From an uncultured Bacteriovoracaceae bacterium (GTDB taxonomy: Bacteria > Bdellovibrionota > Bacteriovoracia > Bacteriovoracales > Bacteriovoracaceae), in contig CAXGUD010000003.1 in NCBI GenBank assembly GCA_964012805.1, positions 64,001 to 128,000 of the forward strand: 64,000 nucleotides of DNA, written 5' to 3'. This document shows, piece by piece, positions 29,935-39,392 of this stretch; the first letter of the stretch is position 1; the number at the start of each line of letters is the position of its first letter. Under the pieces are notes generated by a model. The model saw only the letters and a list, made by a program, of their open reading frames with translations. It had not been told where the DNA came from and ran no database searches. A program made the translations under genes and the position numbers.

Positions 29935-30738
29935 ATGAAAACTAAAGAAAAGTTTGATTTTTTTATTGGCCCTTGCGTCTTGGAGAGTGAGCCCTTAGCT
30001 TTTGGTATTGCTGAAAGGGTTAAGTTAGATCTGGCGCCTTTAACTGATAAAATAAATGTTCACTTTAAAGGAAGTTTTGATAAGGCCAATCGGTCATCTA
30101 TAAACTCCTATAGAGGACCAGGAATTGAAAAAGGTCTTCAAATACTGGAAGGTATTAAAGAAAAATTTGACCTTCCTGTTCTTACAGATATTCACTTGCC
30201 TTCTCAGGCGGAAAAAGTTGCTGAGGTTGTCGATATTGTCCAAATCCCTGCTTTTCTATGCAGACAAACCGATATAATTGTATCTGCTGCAAAAGCATGT
30301 CAGAAATTCGGTCGTAAGCTAAAAGTAAAGAAAGGACAATTTTTGAGTCCAGAAGAAACATCAAATATTGTAGAAAAAGCTTCCCACTACTTGAAGAAGG
30401 AGGATATTTTGTTAACTGAGAGAGGAACTTCTTTTGGTTACAATAACCTTGTCGTCGATATGGCATCTTTTCAAACGATGAAAAGCTTTGGTGTTAAAGC
30501 CGTACACGATGCAACACATTGTGTACAGCGTCCAGGTGGTCTTGGAGACTCTACTGGCGGGAAAAGAGGTGCCATTAAGGTTTTAGCGAGGGCAGCTGTT
30601 GCTGCAGGTGCAGATGGTGTTTTTATGGAGGTTCACCCTGAGCCTAGTAAGGCCCTTTCCGACTCCTCAACTTGTTTACCAATTGATGAGATGAAAGACC
30701 TTGTGTCAGGTCTAGTGGATATATATCAGGTTCTTTGA
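29935..30738 (+). CDS. kdsA: KDO 8-phosphate synthase
   Basis: ATG at 29935 after AGGA; IGPCVLE, KGSFDKANRSS, QIPAFLCRQT, KKGQF, ERGTSFGY, DATH. Confidence 0.97.
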   Translation: MKTKEKFDFFIGPCVLESEPLAFGIAERVKLDLAPLTDKINVHFKGSFDKANRSSINSYRGPGIEKGLQILEGIKEKFDLPVLTDIHLPSQAEKVAEVVDIVQIPAFLCRQTDIIVSAAKACQKFGRKLKVKKGQFLSPEETSNIVEKASHYLKKEDILLTERGTSFGYNNLVVDMASFQTMKSFGVKAVHDATHCVQRPGGLGDSTGGKRGAIKVLARAAVAAGADGVFMEVHPEPSKALSDSSTCLPIDEMKDLVSGLVDIYQVL

Positions 30739-30774
30739 GAGATAAGGAACTCATTTTTATAAAGATAAGAGGCC

Positions 30775-31323
30775 ATGAGGAATTTAAGAAAACTTGCTAA
30801 AGAATTTAAAGGAAAGTTGGACCCTATTAAGGTGGCCCTCTTTGATATTGATGGTATTTTAACCAACGGTCTCATTCACTGGGATGGAAAAGAAGTTGGT
30901 TATAATAGAGCAACGCATGCACAAGATGGATATGGCATGAAGCTCCTTATGGACTTTGGTATTAAAGTCGGAGTCATATCAGGTGGTAACAGCCTTGGTG
31001 TTCAAAAACGCTTTAAGGAAAACCTTAATCTAGACCTTGTTTTTCTTGGGAATGAAGATAAAAGGGAAGCCTACTTACAAGTTTTGGATCTAGGATATAA
31101 AGATGAAGAAGTCTTGTATATGGGGGATGAGCTTTTTGATATACCTCTCTTAAAAAGAGCAGGTTTTTCAGCCACAGTTCCAAATGCTGGTCATGAAGTT
31201 CATGAGTCTGTTGATTATATAACTCAAAGGCATAGTGGAATGGCTTGTGCTCGAGAAGTTATTGATATTTTGAGATATGCTAAGGGCATAGAGCCAAAAA
31301 TACCAACCTTCCCATCAAATTAA
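30775..31323 (+). CDS. kdsC: KDO 8-phosphate phosphatase (HAD)
   Basis: FDIDGILTNG, QDGYG, ISGG, YMGDELFD; follows kdsA. Confidence 0.92.
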   Translation: MRNLRKLAKEFKGKLDPIKVALFDIDGILTNGLIHWDGKEVGYNRATHAQDGYGMKLLMDFGIKVGVISGGNSLGVQKRFKENLNLDLVFLGNEDKREAYLQVLDLGYKDEEVLYMGDELFDIPLLKRAGFSATVPNAGHEVHESVDYITQRHSGMACAREVIDILRYAKGIEPKIPTFPSN

Positions 31324-31351
31324 ATGATAATAAAATAAAAGTTGAAATAAA

Positions 31352-31627
31352 ATGAGAAAAGAATTCGATAAAAAATCACTGGAAAAGTTAAAGCACCTTT
31401 TGGAAGAAAACCATAATTGGCCAGATGAATTTATTTTTAAATTTATTGTTCCCTTTACAAGCGTAGACCTTCTTTCAGCTATCCTGTCACCAACTCCTGT
31501 TCAAAAGAAAGCTTCTAGAACTGGGAAGTATGTAAGTGTGACTTGTAAAAAAATGGTGACTTCTTCTGAAGAAGTACTTGCGATTTATGAAGAGGTATCT
31601 AAAATAAAGGGAATTATATCGCTGTAA
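31352..31627 (+). CDS. DUF493/YbeD-family protein
   Basis: WP..FIFKFIVP, SRTGKYVSVT, GIISL end. Confidence 0.85.
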   Translation: MRKEFDKKSLEKLKHLLEENHNWPDEFIFKFIVPFTSVDLLSAILSPTPVQKKASRTGKYVSVTCKKMVTSSEEVLAIYEEVSKIKGIISL

Positions 31628-31677
31628 TAAACCATTATTCTAGGTTCCTTAGTTTTTAAGGAAAGAAGGAGTTTTTT

Positions 31678-32706
31678 GTGAGGTATGATCTTGCCTTGGT
31701 TGTGGGGGCGGGAGCCTTTGGAACTTCAATAGCTTCTGTTTTGGCCAATAATTTTGATAAAGTTGTTCTTAAAGTACGTTCAGAAGATAATTATGAAAGT
31801 CTAAAGAAAGGTGAAAATTCAATCTACCTTCCAGGTATAAAGCTTCCCGAAAATATAATTCCTGCGTTGAGTTGGGAAGAGGTTGATTCCCTTTCAGAGA
31901 AAAAGTGTGAACTTGTTGTTTCAGGTTTACCAACTCAAGGAATCAAAGTTTTCTTTTCAGAAAATCACGACCGCTTTGAAAACTATTTTAAAAAAGGTGT
32001 ACCACTGGTTTCTCTCTCAAAAGGGATTGACCCAGATACATTAGAGCTTTCAGACGATTCTTTTTTCAATTTATTCCCAAACCACAAAGAGTTGATTACT
32101 TTTTTGTCTGGTCCTTCCTTTGCTAAGGAAATAATGATGGAACAGATAACTCTTGTTTCTCTTGCCGGACGTTCAAGACGAGTACTTCTAAATATTGCGG
32201 CAATGCTAGAAGCTCCATACTTTAAAGTATTTTCAAATTACGACGTGAAAGGTCTTCTGTTAGGAGGGGCCCTAAAAAATGTTCTTGCAATTTCCGGGGG
32301 AGTTTTGGAAGGGCTAGGGTATAACTACAATACAAGGGCCGCCATGATTACACGAGGAATCGCTGAAATGCTACGGTTTGGCAAAGTGTTGAATGCAAGA
32401 CCTGAGACATTTTATGGTCTTAGTGGGATGGGAGACCTTATCCTTACGACTACAGGGGACCTTAGTAGGAATAAAGCCTTTGGGCTAGAGATAGCTAAGG
32501 GTAAGAGCCCTGAAGAGGTTGTAAAAGGTCAGAGAACAGTTGTTGAAGGTTATAAAACGACTAAAGCAGCTCACCTTTTATCGATAAAGTACGATGTTCG
32601 TGCGAGTATTTTTAATGGTCTTTATAGCGTTTTGTATGAAGGAAAAAAACCTAAAGAAGTTATAAAGAAAATCATGAAACTTCCCCTAGGCTTTGAAACA
32701 GAATAG
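31678..32706 (+). CDS. gpsA: NAD(P)H-dependent glycerol-3-phosphate dehydrogenase
   Basis: GAGAFGT, SKGI, SGPSFA, GGALKNV, GLSGMGDLILT, SRN, EGYKT. Confidence 0.96.
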   Translation: MRYDLALVVGAGAFGTSIASVLANNFDKVVLKVRSEDNYESLKKGENSIYLPGIKLPENIIPALSWEEVDSLSEKKCELVVSGLPTQGIKVFFSENHDRFENYFKKGVPLVSLSKGIDPDTLELSDDSFFNLFPNHKELITFLSGPSFAKEIMMEQITLVSLAGRSRRVLLNIAAMLEAPYFKVFSNYDVKGLLLGGALKNVLAISGGVLEGLGYNYNTRAAMITRGIAEMLRFGKVLNARPETFYGLSGMGDLILTTTGDLSRNKAFGLEIAKGKSPEEVVKGQRTVVEGYKTTKAAHLLSIKYDVRASIFNGLYSVLYEGKKPKEVIKKIMKLPLGFETE

Positions 32707-32751
32707 TTAAAAATTTAACTTAAAAAATAACTTTTACTTTGGAAAAGGTTC

Positions 32752-33549
32752 ATGAAAAAAAGAGGGCCTCAGAGAATAATTTGTATGACTGAAGAGAGTG
32801 TTGAAACACTCTATCTTCTTGGAAGAGAGGATCTTATTGTAGGGGTTTCTTCTTTTGTTAAGCGACCTCCAGAATCTCGAGAAAAAAAGAAAATCTCAGG
32901 GTTTACTCATGCAAATATTAAAAAAATCGTTGAATTAAAGCCTGATTTGATTCTTGGCTTTTCTGATATTCAAAAAGATATTGCCAAAGAACTAATTGGT
33001 CTAGGTTTTAATGTTTTTATTGCAAATCACAGGTCTCTTACAGAGACTTTAGATTATATAGTTAATTTAGGCAGCTTGATTGGCGAAAGAGATAAGGCTC
33101 TTGAATTAGTTCATAGTTACGAGTTATCCATTGAAACAATAAAAGAAAATTCTAAGAATCTATCTGTGAATCCTAAGGTTTATATAGAAGAGTGGGACGA
33201 CCCTATGATTTCTGGGATTCAATGGTTTAGTGAAATTGTTGAAATTTGCGGTGGAAAAGATATATGTTCATCAAAAAGTCATGGTGTGCTTGCAAAAGAT
33301 CGATTCATCTCCAAAGAATTTGTTAGGACAAAGAACCCAGATATTATTCTTGCTTCTTGGTGTGGAAAGAAAGTTGATTTGGCTTCTTTTGAAAAAAGAT
33401 TAGGGTGGTCTGATATTAATGCAATTAAAACGGGTCATGTTTATGAATTGGAGCCAGAGATCTTTTTGCAGCCAGGTCCAGCTCTTTTTGAAAGCGGATT
33501 AAATTTACTTAGTGGTATAATTCAGAATTGGTCTAAATCAACTTCTTGA
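32752..33549 (+). CDS. BtuF/TroA-like cobalamin or siderophore-binding protein without signal peptide
   Basis: PQRIICMTEE.VE.LY.LG, KPDLILGFSD, YIEEWDDP, PDIILASWCGK, LQPGPA. Confidence 0.85.
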   Translation: MKKRGPQRIICMTEESVETLYLLGREDLIVGVSSFVKRPPESREKKKISGFTHANIKKIVELKPDLILGFSDIQKDIAKELIGLGFNVFIANHRSLTETLDYIVNLGSLIGERDKALELVHSYELSIETIKENSKNLSVNPKVYIEEWDDPMISGIQWFSEIVEICGGKDICSSKSHGVLAKDRFISKEFVRTKNPDIILASWCGKKVDLASFEKRLGWSDINAIKTGHVYELEPEIFLQPGPALFESGLNLLSGIIQNWSKSTS

Positions 33550-33633
33550 GGCAGACTTTAACACCCCTTTTTGTTTTTCTTCCTATTCTCTAGAATAAAA
33601 GTCTAAATAATTATTTTAAGCAGGGTCCCTAAT

Positions 33634-34248
33634 ATGAGTGGAGAGGCCAAAATTGAACCGGAGCTTTCTAAGGGTCTTAAGAAGCTCTGTGAAGATCTGA
33701 GTGCCGGCAGGATGAAGTCTCATCTCGGAGGGAGAGAAGTCCAATCTAGGGGATGTGATGAATTTGAATATGATGGTGATGATGATAGAAAAATAGGGAA
33801 ATGGTTATCTCTTGTTTTTGTTTCGTCTCATGTTGTTAAAATGAGTTTCCAGGCAAAATTTACCTTCGAAAAATGTAAGCCGCTTGTTGCGATGGCTTTT
33901 GAAAAAAAGACCGAAGAAGTAACTAGAGAACAAATGGAAGATTTTGTAAAGGAATTCTGTAATTTGACGGCTGGTGCTTTAAAGAAAAACTTAGAAAATG
34001 AGGGGTTTTCATCCCTTATTAGTTTACCTTTGCTGACAAGGGGTCAGGATGAGGTATTCTTTAAAAATCACCCTCTAGAAGCAAATAGCCCAACAGTTTT
34101 TGAACATACCTGGGAAGTAGTATGTGAGAATAATTCACTTTTTTGCCAAATTAATTTTGAAATATTTGATAAGGAAGGTTTTGAAAAAATTATTTTGGGA
34201 GCTTTTGGGGCTGAAGAAGAAGATGAAGGAGATATAGATTTCCTATAA
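33634..34248 (+). CDS. CheX-like protein, tandem paralog 1
   Basis: DFVKEFCNLTAG (ExxN), ISLP..TRG; ends DEGDIDFL. Confidence 0.75.
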   Translation: MSGEAKIEPELSKGLKKLCEDLSAGRMKSHLGGREVQSRGCDEFEYDGDDDRKIGKWLSLVFVSSHVVKMSFQAKFTFEKCKPLVAMAFEKKTEEVTREQMEDFVKEFCNLTAGALKKNLENEGFSSLISLPLLTRGQDEVFFKNHPLEANSPTVFEHTWEVVCENNSLFCQINFEIFDKEGFEKIILGAFGAEEEDEGDIDFL

Positions 34249-34343
34249 TGATGACAATAAATTGATTGAAATCTATTCATAAATAAAAAATTAGAATTAA
34301 GAATTTAAGTGAAATAAAAAGGAAACCAAGGAAGGAGAGGAAG

Positions 34344-34943
34344 ATGAGCGATAATGGGGACGTAGGTTTTGATGAGGCGACATTAAAGAGCATGTGTCGA
34401 GATCTAAGCCTTAGCAGGATGAAGACTCATTCCTGTATCGATGATATAAAAGTTGAAGAAACAGAGGACTTCGGTAAAAAAGATGAAACAGGGCAATGGC
34501 TATCTCTTATTTTTGTTTCATCTCATGCTGTAAAGTTGAACTTTAAATGCCAGTTTTATAGTGATGATGCCTCTTTTTTTACTTCTAAAGCCTTGGGTAA
34601 AGATATTAAGGAAGTAACAAAGCAAAATGTGGATGACTTCGTAAAGGAATACTGTAATTTGTCTGCTGGTGCCATTAAGCAATCATTAGAAGGAAGTGGA
34701 CTAACGTCCCTTATAAGTCTACCTCTTATGACAAGAGGATCAGACGATGTCTTTTTTAAGTCTCATCCTAGAAAAGACAAAGGGCCTTTAGTTTATAGTG
34801 ATAGTTGGGATTTAGTTCATTCCGGTAAAGCACTTACATGTCATATTTACTTTGAAATTTATGATAAGGAAGCTTTCCAAAAGATAATCCTTAATGCTTT
34901 TGGTGCTGATCAAGAAGATGATGGAGAAATAGACTTTTTTTAA
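34344..34943 (+). CDS. CheX-like protein, tandem paralog 2
   Basis: DFVKEYCNLSAG, ISLP..TRG; strong RBS AGGAGAGG; ends DDGEIDFF. Confidence 0.75.
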   Translation: MSDNGDVGFDEATLKSMCRDLSLSRMKTHSCIDDIKVEETEDFGKKDETGQWLSLIFVSSHAVKLNFKCQFYSDDASFFTSKALGKDIKEVTKQNVDDFVKEYCNLSAGAIKQSLEGSGLTSLISLPLMTRGSDDVFFKSHPRKDKGPLVYSDSWDLVHSGKALTCHIYFEIYDKEAFQKIILNAFGADQEDDGEIDFF

Positions 34944-34961
34944 ATAATTAAACTTTAATGA

Positions 34962-35576
34962 GTGGCTTATTTTTGGATGGAATTTATGCCCGATAAATTT
35001 GATTTTAAAAAACTAAAGGATGAGATTAGAAATGTCTCCCTTCGGAGAATTAAAAATCATACGTGTGACGACAAAATAGAATTGGAAGAAGTAAAAGAGC
35101 TTGAAGGTTCTAAAAGTGTTGTTGGCCAATGGTTATCTCTTATTTTTGTGGCATCAAGTGCAGTTAAAATGAGCTTTAAAGCTTATTATTACACTTCTGA
35201 TGCAAACTATTTCACATCAAAGGCTTTAGGATATGATTCAGTTGATAAAGTTTCTAAAGATCAAGTAGATGATTTTATAAAAGAGTTTTGCAACTTGGTT
35301 GCTGGTGCAATAAAAGAGTCTTTTGAGCTTGGCGGTACTAAGTCTCTAATCAGCCTACCTCTTGTAACTAGAGGACAGGATTATGTCTTTTTTCAAGTGA
35401 AGGAAACGGAATCAAACCCATTAGTTCTCACTGATATTTGGGATTTAACATTAGATGAACATTCAATCACCTGTCGAATTGTTTTTGAGGTATGGGATGA
35501 GGAGGTTATTAAAAAAATTGACCTTCTTGCCTTTGGAGCCGAAGATGAAGAAGACGGTGATATTGACTTCTTTTAA
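34962..35576 (+). CDS. CheX-like protein, tandem paralog 3 (start possibly ATG 34986)
   Basis: DFIKEFCNLVAG, ISLP..TRG; ends EDGDIDFF. Confidence 0.75.
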   Translation: MAYFWMEFMPDKFDFKKLKDEIRNVSLRRIKNHTCDDKIELEEVKELEGSKSVVGQWLSLIFVASSAVKMSFKAYYYTSDANYFTSKALGYDSVDKVSKDQVDDFIKEFCNLVAGAIKESFELGGTKSLISLPLVTRGQDYVFFQVKETESNPLVLTDIWDLTLDEHSITCRIVFEVWDEEVIKKIDLLAFGAEDEEDGDIDFF

Positions 35577-35586
35577 TCAACTTTTC

Positions 35587-35614
35587 CAAAATTCTTGTTT
35601 ATTCTGGCCGATAA
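35587..35614 (+). promoter_or_regulatory. Sigma28-like promoter
   Basis: CAAA-N16-GCCGATAA, perfect -10 box. Confidence 0.5.
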
Positions 35615-35667
35615 AAACAAAAAACATTTATAAAAGTAGAAAAAAATTGCCTATTGATTTCCGTTTC

Positions 35668-35694
35668 TCAATTTTTCAGTAACTGACCCGATAA
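35668..35694 (+). promoter_or_regulatory. Second sigma28-like promoter
   Basis: TCAA-N15-CCCGATAA, 43 nt upstream of the TPR lipoprotein start. Confidence 0.45.
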
Positions 35695-35737
35695 ATAATT
35701 ATATTTTAAGGAAGTTGAAAAGATCCTTTTCCAGGAC

Positions 35738-36472
35738 TTGAAAATGATAGTAAATGGGGCTCAATTTTTAAAATTATTTTTAGCATTAACACTAATGACT
35801 TCTTGTGATGTTGTAAGAAGGGCAAATGATAAGGCCAGGGAAATTAACAGATTCGAAGTGGCGGCCCTTAATTTATCAAAGAAGAACAGAGCTTTAAAAG
35901 CAAAAATGTCAAAGGTTCAGTTTGAGGTTCAAGAACTTAAATCTAAGAACAAATTCCTAAATATAGAAATAACCAAATTAAAAAAAGAACTTTTAAATAA
36001 GGAAAAACAACTTCGTTCTGGTCAATTTTACAATAGAGCTGAGACAAAAGATTATGTTAAGTTTGAAATCTTCAGATGGGCGCCATCTCAGTTATTGAAA
36101 GTCGCGGAACAGGAGTTTCAGAAAAAGAACTTTGAGAAGTCTGCGCAGTTTTTCGATGCATTCATAAAAAATTATCCTGATAATGATCGTTTAGATGATC
36201 AATTACTATTTTATGCTGGAGTATCTTCTTATGAATCGAGCTTAGATCATGAAAGAACGATAAGGCATCTTAATACAATTATTAGGAAGTATCCCACATC
36301 ACAATATTTTAGAGGGGCGAAACTTTGGAAAGGGTTGACCGAGTTAAAGCAAGGAAAGACCAAAAAGTTTTTCAATGTAGTGGAAGAGTTTAGAAAAAAA
36401 TATAGAAATACACCAGAATGGAAAATCTTGAGTTCTCACTATGAAAAGATACGAAAAAAGTTTAAAAATTAA
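35738..36472 (+). CDS. Coiled-coil/TPR lipoprotein (CpoB/BamD-like architecture)
   Basis: Lipobox LMTSC, coiled coil, TPR motifs FIKNYPD and IIRKYPTSQY. Confidence 0.75.
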   Translation: MKMIVNGAQFLKLFLALTLMTSCDVVRRANDKAREINRFEVAALNLSKKNRALKAKMSKVQFEVQELKSKNKFLNIEITKLKKELLNKEKQLRSGQFYNRAETKDYVKFEIFRWAPSQLLKVAEQEFQKKNFEKSAQFFDAFIKNYPDNDRLDDQLLFYAGVSSYESSLDHERTIRHLNTIIRKYPTSQYFRGAKLWKGLTELKQGKTKKFFNVVEEFRKKYRNTPEWKILSSHYEKIRKKFKN

Positions 36473-37751
36473 AAATATCTTTTTAGGATTTCTTTCCTTT
36501 CTAGTCCTTTCTTCACTAGGAATTAGTGGCGTATATGCTAAAAAGAAAAAACTAGGTGTTGTGGAAGAAGTTTGGGGTAATGTTTTTCTCGTTGAAGAAG
36601 GGAAGACGAAGCAGTTAAGAGCTGGAGATTACCTCTATGACTTTTCTGAGGTCATGACTGAAGAAGGGGCTCAAGTCAGCTTCTCAGATTACTATGATCA
36701 TCAATTCCATCTTGCTGGCTCAGGCCATATAAAAATGATGAACAAAATTGTAGAGTTGGTGAGAGGTTATATGTGGGTACAATCTTACAGACCTACGAAG
36801 ATTCCTTTTAGCATTCAAACAGCAAATTCTACAATAAAGTATTATGATGGAGAGGCCATTGTTTCTTTTGATGGTCTTGGTGGTAAGTCACAAATTATGG
36901 TTTTAAAAGGTGACTTTAAGATGGGAAACATACTCCATAAGGTTCGACACTTTGATGTTGTTGTTGCTGATGGTGAGTTTTCCTCTATAGACAATGAGTT
37001 TAATGGCGGTAACCCAAGGGCCACAACGCCTGTAGGTTATCAATCTTTTCAAAAAGTGCTTTCACTCTTTACTGGTATAAAGCCACTTGATGATGATAAT
37101 GACCTCTATCGCTCTGTTAAAAGAATGCCTGCGAAAAAAAAGAAGCTTTTAAAACTTAAAAGAAAAAAAGCAATTGGAAGAGCGGAAAGAGACTCTGTCT
37201 TAAAAAATTATATTGAAGGTCAAGTGCCTATGGCAGCAAAAGGCAACGAGAAGGTTGTTAGCAAAAAAACTAATACAGAAAATCAAATTATTTTCCTTAG
37301 AATTGATAAGTCTGCCAGAGAGAGAGGAAAAAAAGCCTTCAAAAATTACTATGGAGTTATCTTAAATAAAATAAAAAAGGAAAAGAAGAATAAGAAGAAA
37401 GTTGTTAACTTTAAGCCCAGCTATAAAAAGGGAACTAAAATTCCAATTCATATATTTGCCCCTAGAGTTGTTTTTCCACTCCCTATGGTTTCAGGAAGAA
37501 GTGGCCCCAAATTGAAAAAAGCTGGAAAATGGAAGTCAAAAAAGCGTCAATACCTTGAAAAAAGACGGAAAAGGGCCATAAAGCAAAAGCGTTTTAAACA
37601 AAAGAGCCGTGCCCAATTAAACAAAGAAAAGTCCAATTTTGAGAAGACTCTTGTTAATGAATACAAGAAGCAGATGCGTCACTCAGAAGAGGTTAATAGC
37701 CTCATCGAAGACCTCAAGAACTACGAGCAAAACTACAAGAAAAATTACTAA
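36441..37751 (+). CDS. FecR-like domain secreted protein with Lys-rich C-terminus
   Basis: Signal peptide, GVVEEVWGNV...LRAGD...VMTEEGAQV...ELVRGYMW...IQTAN...VLKG. Confidence 0.7.
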   Translation: MKRYEKSLKIKNIFLGFLSFLVLSSLGISGVYAKKKKLGVVEEVWGNVFLVEEGKTKQLRAGDYLYDFSEVMTEEGAQVSFSDYYDHQFHLAGSGHIKMMNKIVELVRGYMWVQSYRPTKIPFSIQTANSTIKYYDGEAIVSFDGLGGKSQIMVLKGDFKMGNILHKVRHFDVVVADGEFSSIDNEFNGGNPRATTPVGYQSFQKVLSLFTGIKPLDDDNDLYRSVKRMPAKKKKLLKLKRKKAIGRAERDSVLKNYIEGQVPMAAKGNEKVVSKKTNTENQIIFLRIDKSARERGKKAFKNYYGVILNKIKKEKKNKKKVVNFKPSYKKGTKIPIHIFAPRVVFPLPMVSGRSGPKLKKAGKWKSKKRQYLEKRRKRAIKQKRFKQKSRAQLNKEKSNFEKTLVNEYKKQMRHSEEVNSLIEDLKNYEQNYKKNY

Positions 37752-37884
37752 GAAAACTCAAAAAATCATTGTAGAAAGTACCTTTTGAGGGTTCCTATCC
37801 TATTTTTTTTACCTGAATTAATGTATAGTCGACGCATTTTATCATAATTATATTTTAAAGATTTCTAAAGTGAGGAACTTCCTT

Positions 37885-39351
37885 ATGACGCATAATATCA
37901 TTGACACATTTTTGACCTATGACGATGTTCTATTAAGACCAGGCTTTTCTGAAGTTCTTCCTCATGAAACTGAATGCGGAACTTTTTTTTCTAAAAATAT
38001 TCGGATGAATATTCCCCTTATTTCAGCAGCAATGGACACAGTCACTGAGGCACCAACTGCTATCGTCATGGCACAGCAAGGTGGAATGGGAGTTATTCAT
38101 AAAAACCTCAACCCTAGAGAACAGGCCAAAGAGGTTACTAGAGTCAAAAAATATGAATCAGGTATTATTAGCTCTCCTATAACTGTTGGACCTGAGAGTA
38201 GGCTTAGGGATGTATTGGAGTTAAAAGATAAATATAAAATTACGGGCGTTCCTGTTGTTGATGAGTCGGGTAAACTAGTTGGAATTTTAACTAGCCGGGA
38301 TATGCAATTTGAGGAAGATTTAGATCTCAGGATAAAAGACATAATGACTCCAAAAGAGAAATTAGTAACTGCTTCCATTGGTATAAAAATGGAAGATGCG
38401 AAAAAAACATTGCATAAACATAGAATTGAGAAGTTACCTGTTGTTGATAGTGAAGGAGAGTTAAAGGGTCTTATCACGATTAAAGATATTACAAAAACGA
38501 TTCATTTTCCTTTCGCAAATAAGGACCAGCATGGTCAATTAAGAGTTGCTGCTGCTATTGGAGTTGGAGATAACGAGTTTGAGAGGGCCAAACTACTAGC
38601 GGAAGCTCATGTTGATGCTCTTGTGGTTGATACAGCTCATGGCCACTCTAAAGGCGTCATCGAGATGGTGAAAAGATTGAAAACGACTTTTAAAGGAATT
38701 GATGTTGTTGCAGGAAATGTGGCCACAGGAAAAGCTTGCTTGGACTTAATCAAAGCTGGTGTGGATGGTGTAAAGGTTGGTATTGGTCCAGGATCAATTT
38801 GTACAACGAGAGTTATTGCAGGTGTGGGTGTACCCCAAATGAGTGCTATTTTTGAAGCTGTAGAAGCATGCAAAAAAGAAGGGGTTCCAGTTATTGCTGA
38901 TGGTGGGGTTAAGTTTTCAGGTGATGTTGTTAAGGCATTAGCAGCTGGCGCCAGCTCAATTATGCTAGGATCCCTTTTAGCTGGAACAGAAGAAACCCCT
39001 GGTGAGATGGTTCTTTATAAGGGACGGTCATACAAGGTTTATAGAGGGATGGGTTCTTTGGGTGCCATGAAACAAGGGTCTAAAGACCGTTATGGACAAG
39101 CTTCTGTTGTTGATATGGGAAAGTTAGTTCCTGAGGGGATAGAAGGGCAGGTGCCTTATAAGGGACCTTTAAGCACTACAATTTATCAACTCGTTGGAGG
39201 ACTTCGTTCTGGTATGGGATATGTTGGGGCCAAGAATTTAATTGAACTTAAAGAAAAAGCCGAATTTATAAAAATTACTTCAGCTTCTCTTAAAGAAGGT
39301 CATCCTCACGATGTCATGGTGACGAAGGAAGCTCCTAATTATTCTCTATAA
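37885..39351 (+). CDS. guaB: IMP dehydrogenase
   Basis: ATG 37885 after GAGGA; LTYDDVLL, SAAMDTVTE, CBS pair, DTAHGHS, GIGPGSICTTR, YRGMGS. Confidence 0.98.
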   Translation: MTHNIIDTFLTYDDVLLRPGFSEVLPHETECGTFFSKNIRMNIPLISAAMDTVTEAPTAIVMAQQGGMGVIHKNLNPREQAKEVTRVKKYESGIISSPITVGPESRLRDVLELKDKYKITGVPVVDESGKLVGILTSRDMQFEEDLDLRIKDIMTPKEKLVTASIGIKMEDAKKTLHKHRIEKLPVVDSEGELKGLITIKDITKTIHFPFANKDQHGQLRVAAAIGVGDNEFERAKLLAEAHVDALVVDTAHGHSKGVIEMVKRLKTTFKGIDVVAGNVATGKACLDLIKAGVDGVKVGIGPGSICTTRVIAGVGVPQMSAIFEAVEACKKEGVPVIADGGVKFSGDVVKALAAGASSIMLGSLLAGTEETPGEMVLYKGRSYKVYRGMGSLGAMKQGSKDRYGQASVVDMGKLVPEGIEGQVPYKGPLSTTIYQLVGGLRSGMGYVGAKNLIELKEKAEFIKITSASLKEGHPHDVMVTKEAPNYSL

Positions 39352-39392
39352 TATTGAAGTAAAACGAAGAAGGTTATTGGGGTTATTTTGTT

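Noticed and set aside
37752..37884. Purine riboswitch upstream of guaB
   Set aside because: Conserved aptamer core and three-way junction not found
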